A stretch of 64,000 bases of DNA from Vitrella brassicaformis CCMP3155 (taxonomy: Eukaryota > Protista > Chromerida). This document shows, piece after piece, positions 37,292 to 50,960 of this stretch; the first letter of the stretch is position 1; every line of letters begins with the position of its first letter. The notes beneath the pieces are model-generated. The model was not told the origin of the DNA, searched no databases, and saw nothing but the letters and a program-made list of their open reading frames with translations. The stretch covers positions 62,001-126,000 of the forward strand of contig CDMY01001045.1 in the NCBI GenBank assembly GCA_001179505.1, given 5' to 3'. The translations under genes were made by a program, and so were the position numbers.

Positions 37292-38367
37292 TCAGCTGAT
37301 CTCCAAGTATCTTCAGATGGGAGGAGAGCTGACCTGGGTGGTGAGCGCCGCACCCGCTCACTCCCTCACTCCCTCCCTTCCTCACCGCTGCCTGTCACTC
37401 ACCTCACCCCCACACACCTTTGTCGTCTGTCTGTCTGTCTCTCTGCAGTCTGCCAACGGTGCCTCCATCGGGGCAGTCGGCGGCCGCTATTTCGATGGCA
37501 CACACGCTGTCAGTGGTAGGTGGACTGGACCCCCTCGCCCGTGATCTCTGAAGACCGTGTCTGTCTTGTGTGCATGTGTCGATTCGTCCATGAATCAAAT
37601 CGATCAGCCCAGCTGGTGCGTCAGCCCGAGTTCGCCAAGGGCCAGGTCGACAAGAACGCACACGCGCTCAAACTCAACTTCGTCAGGAAGGTCAGTCAGA
37701 GCGGATGTCGACTGGAATCGATCCAATGAGATAAGGAATCACAGCACACCGCCCGGGTTCGCGTGGATGCGTGTCTGGATGGTGGGTGATTCAGGTGACC
37801 GATAGGCTGAGCCTGGGTGCTGAGTTTGAGTATTCCCATCCTGACGCCGAGTCGGCCCTCAGGCTGGTGAGTGAGCTGCCCACACACGCCTGGAAGCAGC
37901 CAAGCGGCGACGTGTGAATGTCTGTCTCGACATGTTTGCCTCTCTTCTCGCTCTGCTGCTCTGTCTGTCTGTCTGTCTGTCTGTCTGCAGGCATACGAGT
38001 ACAACTTCAGACAAGCGCGCATCCAGGGTGGGTGGCTTGGGGGTGGCTTTGGTTGGGTGCTCGGACACGACCAGACAGGGGCAGGCAGGGTCCTTGTCCG
38101 TCGGTCGATGTGATGTGAAGCATGGAATGGACACCATCCATTCATCCCAGGCTGGTTCTGTTCTGTCTGTGTGTGTGTGCAGGTTTGCTGGACACGTGTG
38201 GCAAGGTGTCGGTGTTCGTGCAGGACTTCACGGGTTTTGGCGTGAGCGGCCTCATCGACTACTGGCAGGGCATCTACAAGTTCGGGTTCATGATGCACGT
38301 CGTCCCACCACCCGAAGGCGCACAGCAGCCAGGGGGCGGACCACCCGCACCGTCAGGCGGCACCTAG
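35973..38367 (+). CDS. TOM40: Mitochondrial import channel Tom40
   Basis: LQWEAFLKEWSQMTQQDTFDGFRLEAQKNV|TKNLQSCHSLFLGT...GYIYQFGPTF, then beta-strand exons ending YKFGFMMHV. The exact start ATG is uncertain. Confidence 0.9.
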
Positions 38368-38838
38368 CCAGACAGACAGACAGATGGACGAAAGGGCAAG
38401 GGGGAAGGAAGATGGGTGCGCTGTCTGTGTGCGTGGGTCCTTGGACTCTGTGTCTAAGGCCGGCTCCATGATGTATGATTTGTTTACTTAGTTGCGGTGC
38501 GTGCCTGGGTTGATCGACTGACTGCTATGAAGGGCGCTGTTTTGCCCTGGCGATGAATCGAACGATCGATTGCTGAGATGGATGGCGAGCCAACGAATGC
38601 TGCTCCCGACGTGAGCATGTGTGGATGGATGGATGGATCACACACACATCGTACGTAGACGTATACAGCCCGCTTTGTGCTGAACAAATGAACGAATAAC
38701 GCCGAGCACGCTTAATTCTGCCGCACACCCACATCCATGCGGACATAAGCGCCATCAAGTGCGTTGATTTCACAGCATGCGTACGTCGGCTCCATGGCAC
38801 ACACATGCCTGGCACACCTACAGAAATCACACTCGCTG

Positions 38839-41800
38839 TCACTGCTCGGAGGGTGGTCGTGGGCCGCTCTGAGGCGAAGTGGACCGCATCGCACGGAGGG
38901 CGGGAAAGATGGGCGTCTGCCTAATGTTCTGAAGAGAGACACACACAGACAGACAGACAGACAGACAGACAGAGACAGACACGCACAGACAGGCATCTTC
39001 ACACCGTGCCTTTAAATATTGCGTGACTTTGCCAGCTGCTCATGGTCCGTTTCGTCCTCACCTTGAGGAAGACGTGGAGGGGTATGGTCGTGTCGTCATC
39101 GAGTGTCGTCACCGGACGCGCAAATCCAGCTTCGAGCAGCAGATCAGATGACACTGAGAAGTCCTTGGTCTTCATCCCAAGGTTGCCCAGCGCCTGACAC
39201 GACAGACACGCATCAGCGACCAATGAAACAATCCGTTCGCCCCCCGACTCACCAACCCACCTCTGCGACGTCGACGACGTTGATGGTGGGCCCCTGAATG
39301 GCGACGTCTTTGGGAACGGTGCCGGCACTCAAGCGGCGCAGCATGCGGGACTGCAGGTTCTGGGAGTGCTCAGCCGCCTCCTCACCTTCCCCCGCTTCTG
39401 CTGCTTCCGCTGCCCGTGGCGAAGCTGCCACGGGCACAGGCACTGACGTGCCTTGAAGGGTCTCACGCAGCGTCTCCTGTCAACGTAGACATCCACACAC
39501 AGGGGTTCCGCTCAGTCACACACACGCACTCCTTTATGTCTTCCAACCTCGGTGATTTTGAGTTGTTTGTATCGCTCGTCGAGGTGCTGGATCCTAATGG
39601 CGTACGCGAAGGGGCACAGCACGTGCAGGTCGTCGTTCAACAGCTGCACGGATGCATGACATGACACACACGTCTCTTCTCTGTGTCTCCCCCTCACTCA
39701 CTCACTCACTCACTTACTCACCTCCGCCGCTTCGACGATCAGCCGGTTCGGGCCGGCTGGCAGAGCCTGCACAGACAGACGCGTACACATCAACCATCAA
39801 TCGATCGATCGATCAACGACATGCGTATCGGGTGATCCTTGCTCGATTGGCTCGATCACAGTCAAGCCTGACTCCCTCACTCACTCACTCACTCACGCAC
39901 CGACTGCAGTTCCTCCCAGTTGCTTCGCGGCTTGTTGTAGTACGCCTTCTGCAGCCGCTCAAAAAAAACCTTCTTGGTCATCCGGAGGCTCGCCCGCCAC
40001 GGCGCAGGCGAAGCAACAGGCGGCAACAGACACACCCTGCAGCACCCACGCGCACGTGTCTCACAGGCGAGGCAATGCATGCACTGACCCGTCGTGTTGC
40101 TGTATGGGCGGCGCAGCGGTTCCCTCCGCGGCTTGGCCATCGTCTTGCTTAGCGGGTTCTGGTGAGGTGGCGGGGTTTGTTGGCGGTGCCGAGCGGTCGC
40201 CGGCGAGTCTCTTGAGGAGGTTGGAGCACAGCGACTCGTTGTCCTCCACAACCCAGTCGGGCAGGTGACCTGTAGACACATGCATCCATCCACCTATCCA
40301 CCTATCCACACATTCAGAAGTGAGATTGATTCATCGACCGACCAGTGAGCAGCATGAGGAATCCGAGGAAGGACGGCTCTGCGGCGTACCGACACACGGC
40401 GTCCACCACGGACAGACCCCTACAGGCACAGCAGACGAGGGGACCAGCTTAAGAGCCCAACACCACGTAAATCCGTGTGTGGGTTGGCATAAATGATCAC
40501 ATATACCATTGTGTCTTGGCGCTTGGGTCTGACAGCTGGTGGGGCAGGTTGTCCAACATGTACGTGAAGAACTGCAGACAGACACAGGCTCACCCACACA
40601 GCTGAGTATACAGTGTACAGAGAGACGGACATGACGTCTCTGTCTGCCTACCGGCAGGTGTGAGTGTTTCAATTTGTGCCGTCTCTTGAGCAGCCCCATC
40701 AGGAACTCCTTCGTGACCCCACGACTCAGCCGCAGACGCACGATGGGCTCCTTGCGGCTGCACACACCAGACCCACCAACACACACCATACACCCTGTGT
40801 CATTTGGCCAGCGCCCAATCATCAGGCCCGTTTCCCTACCCTCACTCACATGAGCACGGCAGTGCCTGCCGCGGCGACACACGGAGGAAAGTCTGCAGGT
40901 CTCGCCCTGACAGCCTTGCTGCCGTCCTCCCCATCGGGCGTCCCCGGCGCCACGGGAGGAGTGAGCAAACACCTGTCGGTCTCGGTGGTCTGCACGTCCT
41001 CAGCGTCTTCGACGTCTCCCACATCGCCCCGGTCGCCGATCATTATCTGAAGCTCGGCCACCATCCTGTCGGTCTGGCCCTTGCTCGACAGCAGGGAAGA
41101 GTTTTGGTGCGCCGTGTGGACGCCGTAGGCATACACAAGAGCACGCGAACGGCGGAAGACATGGTCGAGCAGCGACTGGACCTGCAGATGGGTGAGACGG
41201 GGGAGTGTGGTGTCTTGGCTGGCTGCAAGGCCTGCTGTCACTCGCACACGCATACTCACCTCGTCTGCGCGTTGCCACGTCCTTTGCCGGTCGCTCTCGA
41301 AGGCAGAGACGATGCCTGCACAAGCATATTGATGCATCAGCCAGTCAGATAACACGGACCCGTCAGTCTGTTCTGTCCTGTATGGGGCGTGTGTACCCGA
41401 GTCTGCGATGGGTCTCCATGTAGGCCGTGGAGTGAGGCAGCGGGCCTGGTCCCTCCGGATGGCCTTCGGATCGAGGCCCACCAGCTCGCTGTAGAGTCTG
41501 GTTGCTGCATCGTAGTCTCGTTGCTGCATCCATCCATCCATCCATGAGCGCAGGTAAGCAGGTGTGAGACACTAACAAAGACGTGGACGCATCCAACCAC
41601 CAACCCACACATGTCTCGCCCCTCCCTGGCTGACCGACCGACCATGGCCTGGCATTTGTCCATGAGTTCCGCGATGTGGTCCTGCTTCTGACGCAGCTTC
41701 TCCAGAAGAGCCTGCAGGCACACCATGCATGTATCACACGAAATCGTCATCCATCAGTCACCCCTCTCCTTCTTTCTCTTGCTTGCCTGGTATGTCTCTC

Positions 41801-42141
41801 GGTCAATGAGTTTCGATCGAGACTGCGTCTCCTCGTGCAGCTGCTCTTCGAGCGCTTTGAGGTGATTCTCGCTCTACATACATAGACGCACTTCATGAAA
41901 TGCATGACATGAATGGTCGTAATAGCGCTCTCGTGACCTCTGCGAGTTTGTTCTTAAGGCGTGTGATTTCGCTCTGCTGCGCCACCTCCCTCTTTTTGAT
42001 CTCCTCGACGGCCTCGACGGCCCTGCGGGAGTGCCGCACCAGCTGGTATGACTGCTCGTGCAGCTCCTCGCAACGCGCCTGGGAACTGTGGTACTGTATG
42101 TACAGATGGTAGAGAACGTGTCAGGGGCGTATACTGGAATC

Positions 42142-42174
<33 letters not shown>

Positions 42175-43252
42175 GCCATACCTACCTGTTCCTTCACGGT
42201 GTCGTTCTCCTCCCTAACCATCTTGAGATCTCTATCCTGCACGCCCAACCGCTTCTGCAGCCATACATGCACACCCACACCCACACCAAGTGTGGCCGCA
42301 CAGAGGTAACTGGCTTGTCTTTGGCTGACCCGGGCCTCTGTGAGTTTCCTCTCCATGTCTGAGAGATTCTGAGACGCAGTGCACTGGAGTTCGCTGTACT
42401 TGCCTAGGCAGTGCATGCATCATACAGACCAAATGACCAATGCCAGACACCAGACACAGGTCTGCCCCGTATTACTTGTCGTCTCATGCTTCAGCGTCTT
42501 TAGTCGGCTCTGCAGAGCCAAGCGGGCACAGTTCTTTTAGGCTGTTCTTGTATGTATTTTCCTCTAACCTCTCCCATCTCCCTCACCTGCAGTTTGCTGA
42601 CACTCTGGATTTTTGTCTCGTAGTGGTCGATCGTCGCGTGGTACTCCCTCTTGATGGCGTTCAGCACTGACTGGTACGACGGCAGGTGGGCCGCCAGGGC
42701 GTCAAAGGCACTGCTGAACACCTAAGCGCATACATGCATTTTGCATCGACGACACAATCGCCGACATGACGCAAATGTTGTGCAAGACCTGACCTGTAGC
42801 CTTGCCGGGCACGGCGGTGCCACGTCCAGGCCGTTCTCGCGCAGCCCCTACGACGAACACCAACACGTAGCAAGGGCCTGACATGTATCCCTCGGGTGTC
42901 CCCTATCCACCTGCTGGATGAACTCCGCGATTCCCTGGGCGACTTCTGCAGGCGATGGTGGGGCCTGACCGAAGAACTCCTTGCTGTGCTCTGGCTTGTA
43001 TATGACCAGAGAGGAAGCCTCCAGCCGCTGGGACGCCTGCACTGAGGCACGGGCTGTCTTCGGCTCCTGTAGCGGTACAATGATAGACGGTCATCCAAAG
43101 GAACATCATGCACACACAATCAGTGACTGCATGGATGGATGAGTCTCTCGCAATCGATTGAGGTAACAGAGCAGCACGAAGACAGACAAGGAAGCCCTGT
43201 CACGTACCCTGCATTGGGTGTGCCAGTGGGGGCTGGAGCTCACATCAGACAT
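38839..43252 (-). CDS. TSNAXIP1-like coiled-coil protein (cilia/flagella-associated type)
   Basis: VFSSAFDALAAHLPSYQSVLNAIKREYHATI resembles the TSNAXIP1 N-terminal domain. Coiled-coil exons follow; stop at 38839-38841. Start inferred (MSDVSSSPHW). Confidence 0.6.
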
Positions 43253-43294
43253 GCGAGGCGAATGACCCCTTCAGGCAGCACAACACATCCAACA

Positions 43295-44134
43295 ATGGTT
43301 CGTGCGGCATGCGGTGCGGTTTGTCACCAGGGGTTCGTTCGAGGTACCTGCTGAGAGGCGCCACCCTGTGTTCGGCCAGCTGCAGCGGCGGGACCGTGCG
43401 AATGACATACGGAAGGTGGTACTTTTCCATTCGTCCTGGGCTACTCTCCTTCGAAATCGAGGAAAAAAGGTACCAAGGGAAGAGGCGCTCGAACCGTTTG
43501 AAATAAACGTAAGATCGCGGAGTCGGGGTATACCGCGAAAACGAAGAGCCGCAAATACAACGGACAAAGATTCGCCATTATTGGGGAAACTGTCATTATT
43601 TAATTGCAATCCGAGCGAAGTCAGCGAGGCTCTCGAACGGAATGGCCATGAGCTGCTCGGCAAAACGGTGAGTGCGACACCTACCATGCCAATCTGATCC
43701 CATCATGCATGCGAACTTGCAGGTGGCCGTCGTGACGTCCGCGGACATAGAGCGTGCCAAAGGAATGATGCAAGAGGATGTGGTCGTTTCGGTGAGGATG
43801 AGGAAGATGGCTTCGGGATGCTGCAAGCCGACGAATACAGCGACGATGAGGTGGGCAGGGGAACAGTCACACGCACACAGAGAGCAGCCACCAGTGCGGC
43901 AGTCTGTCTGTCTGCGTGCAGGTTGATGATGCCACTGAGGACATACCGAGTATGATGAGGATATCGATGACGCCACTGGCGTGTTGCGACAGCTCAGACC
44001 CGCCCGCCAGACAGCCACGGCCACTGACCCAGGCTCTTCTTCCGCCGCTGCCGCAGCTGGCGCCATTTCTGCCCGTTACCGATGCCCCATGGGCTTCCCC
44101 GGGCCCTTCCCCAGACCATTCTGACTATGACTGA
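43295..44134 (+). CDS. Probable small spliced gene, frame unresolved
   Basis: Splice-like junctions at about 43667, 43722, 43851 and 43921 with open segments between them. I could not build one consistent frame. Confidence 0.3.
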
Positions 44135-44550
44135 AAGGTAGTATCCAGTGTGCACCCAGTACGGACTCATTCATGTGTTGGGTTGGTCTCCGTTCGTTCG
44201 TTCCTCTGGTGTGACAGGTGTCGCCGGCAGTGGTCTCAGAAGGATCCTCCTTCGGGGTTCGGCAGGTTCCATAGAGATTCGAGACTATTGTCCTTGTGAA
44301 TGTTTTTGTCTTCATCTGTGTATGTGGGTGGGTCTTTGTCGTCGGAGGGTGTGTGTTTGTATGTGCACGTATATAGCAGTCAGTGCTATCTTTGTCACGC
44401 ACGTCTGTACTTACGGGCATACATCAAATACGTATCCATGGGAGGACACAGCACGAACCTGTGTCTGCGTGTGTGTGGCCGTCTTTCGTCGTGTCCTGTA
44501 TATATCTAAATCATACTAGCCATCAATGAGGCTCGTCGTACGACGTCCAT

Positions 44551-44937
44551 TTATCCATGCAGCTGCTTCCACACGCGCTGCATCATCTGCACCAAGACGC
44601 CGACGTACCTGCCGTATGTCGACACATACTCGCAGCTGCCGTCCATAAGTGTTGCCGTAGCATTGTAGTTTGTCGCCCACGCATCAGTGCATCCCCTCAC
44701 GGCGTGATGACAGCTTCCGTCGTCCTTCTGCGCCCGCTCGTCGTAGTCGGTGGCTGCCTTGTCGGTGCAGCCGAGGTGCAGGGGAACGGCCAGTTCGTCA
44801 TCCTGCCCTCCCTGCTCATGCTGCTGGGCATCTGTGGACGGCTGTAGCTGGAATGAAGCGCCGCTGCCGCTGATCGCGACGGACAAAGAGCCACTGCTGA
44901 CAATGATGAGGGCGATGAGAAACGGCGTTGCCTGCAT
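44551..44937 (-). CDS. Small secreted protein with two GCTD-x-A-x-(N/D)Y...DGSC repeats (3' exons unresolved, may run to about 44080)
   Basis: Signal MQATPFLIALIIVSSGSLSVA, then GCTDKAATDYDERAQKDDGSC and GCTDAWATNYNATATLMDGSC. Confidence 0.75.
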   Translation of the reverse strand: MQATPFLIALIIVSSGSLSVAISGSGASFQLQPSTDAQQHEQGGQDDELAVPLHLGCTDKAATDYDERAQKDDGSCHHAVRGCTDAWATNYNATATLMDGSCEYVSTYGRYVGVLVQMMQRVWKQLHG

Positions 44938-45627
44938 TTCAATTTTTCAATTTACAACGCTGAGTTAGGGTCATATGCGAGTGGGTCATATGGATAGGAG
45001 ACGCTTTCGCGTTCACACCCCACCTTTCCTCATCTGAAGTTTGTTCCTTCTGATATCCACTACAGACTGAGCGGCCGAGTTAATCCGCCACCTTTCTGAC
45101 CTCGGGGGGAGATCTTGTATGGGGGTGTGCCATATCTCTGCACCGAGACCATAAGTCACAAATTCGTCTGGCACATATGCACACTGACATACATGTATAC
45201 ACTTATCACACTCACAAAATATCAACTGTCAAGAGCTATTCGTCTTTTCTGGACCCCCTATCTATATGTACAATCAGTAAATCGGTTATATCTGCAGGAG
45301 AACCGTCCAAATCAGCATTTGTAGATATGTATGTATGCAGAAACGTACAGAAGCGAGAAATGAGTGGGTGGATACCATTTCACTTCATTATCAATCCACC
45401 AAAGCCATCATGTCTCTGACAGACCTTGATTAAACCGTTCCTCTCACTTCCCAATGACAGGCAGGCGATTCCCTTAAGGAAATGCACACACACACACACA
45501 CACACTACAGCTCAAGACAAAAATTGAAAAAGGCATTCTGGACACTATCATATAAGAGCTTAGCATAATATGGCAAATCATCGCTGCATTACTAAAGGAA
45601 GAACCACCATCGCCCCACCCCCGTCTT

Positions 45628-48600
45628 TCAAAGGCCGTAATGTTGTTTCTTTTTCCGCTCCTGCTTCCGCAGCACCCCAGCATATCGCCCCAGCATCATG
45701 ACGGTCCCCTGAGGATTCATGCGGGTGACCTGCAAAATATCAAAATGTATCCTGTTCGTCATCCAGTCACACCCCAACCAACCCCAGTCTCGAGTCTCGA
45801 GGATGCCGACCTGTGGCAAGACGGATGCGTCGCATATCGCGAGGTTGTCGATGCCATAGACTCGAAAATCGTTGTCAACAACAGTACCCATTGGTGCCGA
45901 ACTGACAGACGCCATGTATGAAAGAGGGAGGGGTCCATGTACGTGTTGATAGATGTGTGGATGCATATCTCACCCCGCAAAGTGCCAGAGGCTACTGCCA
46001 TGCGCCTTGACATATGTCTCGAGACCGCTCCGACTCATATCTATGAACACACGCATAGACAAGCCAAGACAAACGGGTGCAGAACGAAAAAACAGATCCG
46101 CTTTTTGTCCAGCTCGATCGCGCACCGATCGGAAGCGGTGGGAATATTGCAAATCGTCGGGCCCTCCGCAGCTGTACCTCCTCCAGATATTCCTCGGTGC
46201 ACGGTTGCCAGACCCCACAGCCAACGTCGCCCTCTGCTTTGTCATCATCCTGAACAGACCATCCTTCGTCGCAGGGCAGTGAACAATGCGCCATATATCT
46301 TATTCAACTGCCTCCCCACCGGTGCCGAGAGCAGGTCCGCAATGGACTTCAGGCCCCCAGTGAGGAACGTGGCCAGCTCCGACTGCACACCTCGCCACTC
46401 GTCGAGTCCGTCCGGTCGCAGCTGCCGTACCACATCCAGCTCCTGCTTCACCAGATCCGGCAGAGGCGCTTCTTCCAGGGCACGACGCTTGTCCGCTGGG
46501 GCGTCGCCCAGAAACTCCCACATGGACGGCGGGTGGGTGGGGTAATCAGGCTGAACTGATCTTATCACGGCTGCCGTGTCCTGTCAAGTGAAAACGGACA
46601 GAAATCGTGTATGAGACCCCTTGCTTGCACCCGCTCGTCTGATACGCAATGCGTACCAAAAGTTCATCCGAATCTGCCCCAGGAACGTTTCGCGCGCCAA
46701 TGAGGAGGAGGCTCAGAAAGGAGTTGAATACCAGGAACGGACACGCCAGCGGCCCGTTTTTCTGAAGAATGCCGTCGAAGTTGCTGGTTCCGATCATCTA
46801 TCGACGAATTGACAAAACAAGCGATTGATGAGCGTGCCCTGTGAGCATGACATTGCTTTATGTATGTGTCTCTCCTCATCACTCACCCGGATCATCCTCT
46901 TTAAACCCTCCACAGCAACATGCAGGTCCTCTCCGTCGGGGTCATTGTTGTAGCCGCCCGACACTATCGGCTCACCTGCACATAAGCAATTGATAAGCTT
47001 CCGAGACATCAATCAAGCGGATCGGTACGTCTTGACCCTTTTCGTTGATTGTGACATATCCTCGACCCTTGGGAACAGAAGGGAACGATATCATTGCGAC
47101 CAGCTTCCTGCCGTGCAATGGAGACACGATCGACGAAGTCCCTTTCGACATATGTCCGTATACGTGTGCTGTGTGAATATATGTACTGGATGCAGGTGAT
47201 GGTGGGGATCAGTGGCAGACACAGGGGGCTTTCATCAAACCCACTCGAGCACTTCTGTAGGACCCGCACAAGTAAGTCAGCCTCGCTACACAAAAAAGAG
47301 CGGAGACAAACAAGTACATCAATGTTCATCGGATTTCGTACGGCGATGATCGCAAGTATGGGGGCAGGATGAGTCGGGTTGCGAAAACCAGGCTTTCTAT
47401 GCTTTTGCCGCCACTGAACTCCTCACTGGCTGCCCATCCGCAATCAGGACTCGAATCGAAGATGCTGCATGCATTCACAGGTATTAAATCACAGGCATTT
47501 CAGCAGCCAGTACTAACTTGAAATCGAGCCTTTTCCCAGAGCTGCCCGAGCAGCCTTCGCCCACACGCGACACGCCGCCCACTTGGACCGAGGTTATTTT
47601 GAAGCCATCGGGTTCTGGCAGGGGCGCGTCGAAGAAGGTCGCAAGAGGCGTCTACATCGTATAACAAGGACGCTTACTGTCTCTTGCGTTGGTGGCTGTT
47701 ACCCAGTTTCTGTCATGCAGGTTCTTGCCCAGCTCAGATATCTCAAGCACCATCCCGCCTTTCTCCCCCCTCCCTTTCATCGCCTTCTCAACGGCATCCC
47801 TCGGCCCAACGCCCGACTTCATCAGCACGACGGGCGTATTGACGGCACCGGCACTCAAAAAGATCTCCCCGGCGGGGCGGATGCACGCTCGCATCACCTC
47901 TTGCTTGTGCTCTGCTTCCTCCTCTGTGTCGTCGTACTTGTCCTCCAGCGAGAGGCTGCTCACTCTCGAGTCGATCCTCTTCGCTTCGTTGGGAGATTTG
48001 ACGAATTGCACGCACGTGGCGCGCGGCTTGCCCTTGTAGCTAGTGTCGAACTCGACTCGGATGACTGTGACGCGCGTCTTGATCTCCAAGCCGTTCGGGA
48101 CGTTCTTGCGTTTGGAAAGCATCCCTTGGGCCAAGACATCAGATGCCAGCCGCTCTCTTGTCGACGCCATGACGCCGTCATCATTCAGGAACAATGAGAG
48201 CGTGTTCCAAGAGCCTTCAATTAACTGTGCCCTCGTGCCGACCAGAGGGGAATAGCCCACCTCTTCGTTGGATTTAGCCCACGCGCTGCCATACCTGAGA
48301 CACAAATGTACACGTGAAATGGGCATAGATGCCTTAGTGGATTGCGGACGGCTCAGCGAAGTCCATTGGCGTCGCCACCTGTTCTCGCACCCACACATAC
48401 GCCTAAAAGAGCATAACCCACAAGTGCGATGCATTTCTGTCAGAACGCAAACGCCTCGTTTACATCATCAACCAGTCCTTGATCAAGGTCCGCCCCCTCA
48501 GTCCTTAAGGCGTCGAAGTACCGTGGTTCTTCCTCGATATAGACGCCTGCTGACTGATGAGGTCACACACATGCCACTCACTTGGAGATAATGCAGCCAT

Positions 48601-49229
48601 TTTTCTATTCTTATCTGGTCACCAGAGCAGTGCCGCCGCTCAGGACTTGAAACAGACAAAGGCCGCAAGACAGCAAAGAGATACGAAAACGAGAAAATCC
48701 ATCACTCTTACCTCTCCCAAGATGACTCACGACGCCTTCCATTGTGATGCTGAAGAAAAACCAAAGAAGACTGACTCCTTCCTCTCCTCCTGCTTTGGCC
48801 CTCTCTTTTGACTTACACTTCTTCAGTGATGTCGTTGTTCAGAAGGCCAGTGCCTGCCGATCACCAGGCTGCGCTAGGATATGGTCACCGAGCATTATTC
48901 CCGTACTTACCCCAGCCCTCGATTGTCGTTGTCTCCTGATTTTCTTCTCGCCTTCCGCCCCTTTCGAGCACGAGCACATGAGCATCGCCGTCCTCGGCGA
49001 GTGTGTAAGCACTGAAGCAGTTACCGAGGCAGATGATTCATCAGCTGACCATCCCCGAGTCGTTTACTTACAGCGGCATTCCGGCAGCCCCCCCGCCCAC
49101 CACAATGTAGTCGTAGAGCTTGGGCGAGTGGAATGCATGCTTGTCGTGGTGATTCTGGCCTTGAGCGGTGGTGAATGCAGTCAAGATGAGGGCAAGAGAG
49201 GCCGTGAAGTAGTTGAAAGCAGCCATCAT
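45628..49229 (-). CDS. Secreted GMC (glucose-methanol-choline) FAD oxidoreductase
   Basis: Signal peptide, then YDYIVVGGGAAG, VLVLERG, EIFLSAGAVNTPVVLMKSGVGP, LGKNLHDR, spliced SLWHFAG|SAPMGTVVDNDFRVYGIDNLAICDASVLP and MNPQGTVMMLGRY (catalytic His/Asn pair). Confidence 0.93.
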
Positions 49230-49376
49230 GATTTCGCCCGAGAGTTGCAAGAACCGCTTTGTTGAAAATGTCGACGGCAACAGCACTGGGGCACACAGCG
49301 GTGACTCCCCCCGAGTCGTTCCCTTCCGGGGTTTGGTGGGGGCCAAGTGGGGGCTGTTTTTCCCGTCTCTGAATCC

Positions 49377-50800
49377 ATGATCACGATGTCAGCGTCGTCA
49401 GATTCAGGCCATCTAGACTCAAGTGTGAAGAACGAGCTTCATGCCGTGCGACAGTATTTAGTCAACCAGACACGAGACGCCGAATCCGAGCACGACGCTA
49501 TCCCCGGGCCGCTGAACGAGCATTTGGTGGAAGCATGTGAGGCAAGCGTGAGGCCACCATCCTGGACTGGTCCGATCGATCCCCCCTCTGCCCTCTACCA
49601 TGCTCTCACCGACGCACACAACCTGTAAGTCAAACGACTCGAGGATGGTCAGCTAATGAATCATCTGCCTCGCTGATCCGCTCAGGCTGAGGAAGAGCGC
49701 GCTGTTTCGAGAAGATCCGCCCAACGGGCTTGCCCCGCCACCTTCGCTGGTGCGCGTGACCGCATTCATCGCTCGGCACCCGTCGCTGGACCTGGCTGGG
49801 CTCGACTGCAACCTCCTGCGGGTCACAGTAGAGACATGATTGATTGAAGCATTGCAGATTGTTTACTTATCATCCAACCTGATCGTCTTTCTTAACTTTC
49901 ATGTCCACATCACACGGGGGCAGGTACATCCACAGAGGGGCGAGGCCGCCATCGGCGTCCTAGCTCCCATACTACAAAGGAGAGCGGCACAGAGAGAACA
50001 TGCAGAGGTAGACGTGGAATGGAGTATTGTAGGCGCAAAATCGATTGAGTTGCCTTTGTTGTGTTGGTCCAACGCACCAGATGGTCACTTGCGGCAGCCT
50101 CGGAGGGCCCTGGCTGCTGTCGCGTGAGTGCCCGCCCACCACTCCCTCACCTATGGGCCCCTCGCCCGCCCCCCTCTCAATCCACCTCTTGACTCTCCTG
50201 CACGGCAGTGATTTCGGCAGAGCATTCAACGAGTACGCCCTGCATGTACTGGAGCTGGTCTACTGGATGGCTGCCGATGAGCAGCAGCAACAGTATCTCG
50301 TGTATGGCTTCGAGATTGCATCGCTGCCTGTCGCCCAGCTGGCTGCCACCCCTTTGCAGCTGCAGAGGGCCAACAGGGGAAGGGGGAGGCGTGACACCGG
50401 GTTGGGAGCTCCTGCGATGGTGCGCTAGGAGAAAGGGAGGGGCGGTGTTGGTTGACTGTGTCTCCCTTTTCAGGCTAAGCGCCTCCGTCCATTCTTCGAT
50501 GGACGTGCATGCCCAGATATGTGAGACCCCTTGTGGGCCACGCTGCCGTAACTCATTCAAGAGGGGTGTGTCTCCGTGTATGCGTGTATATGCAGCATCA
50601 CTGTACAGTCCATTCGTGCGAATCGGAAGCCCTTCATCACCGACATGAAAGCAGCCATGGCCCAGGGGCGGCAGGTGTCCTTACACCTTCTTTGCCGCGT
50701 GGAGGGGGAGGAGGCTCCCCTTCCCGTCACTCTCTCGCTGCACGTGTTCTTCGCGGAGGTAAGCGAGAAAGAGATGGACGCCATCGATGGGCGATGTTAA
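49377..50800 (+). CDS. Hypothetical spliced protein (lineage-specific appearance)
   Basis: Consistent GT-AG exon chain (HALTDAHNL|LRKSALFREDPP..., ...RQVSLHLLCRVEGEE...). No recognisable domain. Confidence 0.65.
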
Positions 50801-50960
50801 ATGAAGCATGGGACCACCCTGTTTGTCTCAGGTCGATCTGCGGAGCTCCTGGCAGTCGCAGCGGCGCTCCTATAGCCTCTTCTCCACACCGATGTACCAG
50901 CGTAAATACCGACGCATAAAGTCGGTGGGTTGCACATGACATTTTTTACTACGTCCAGCA

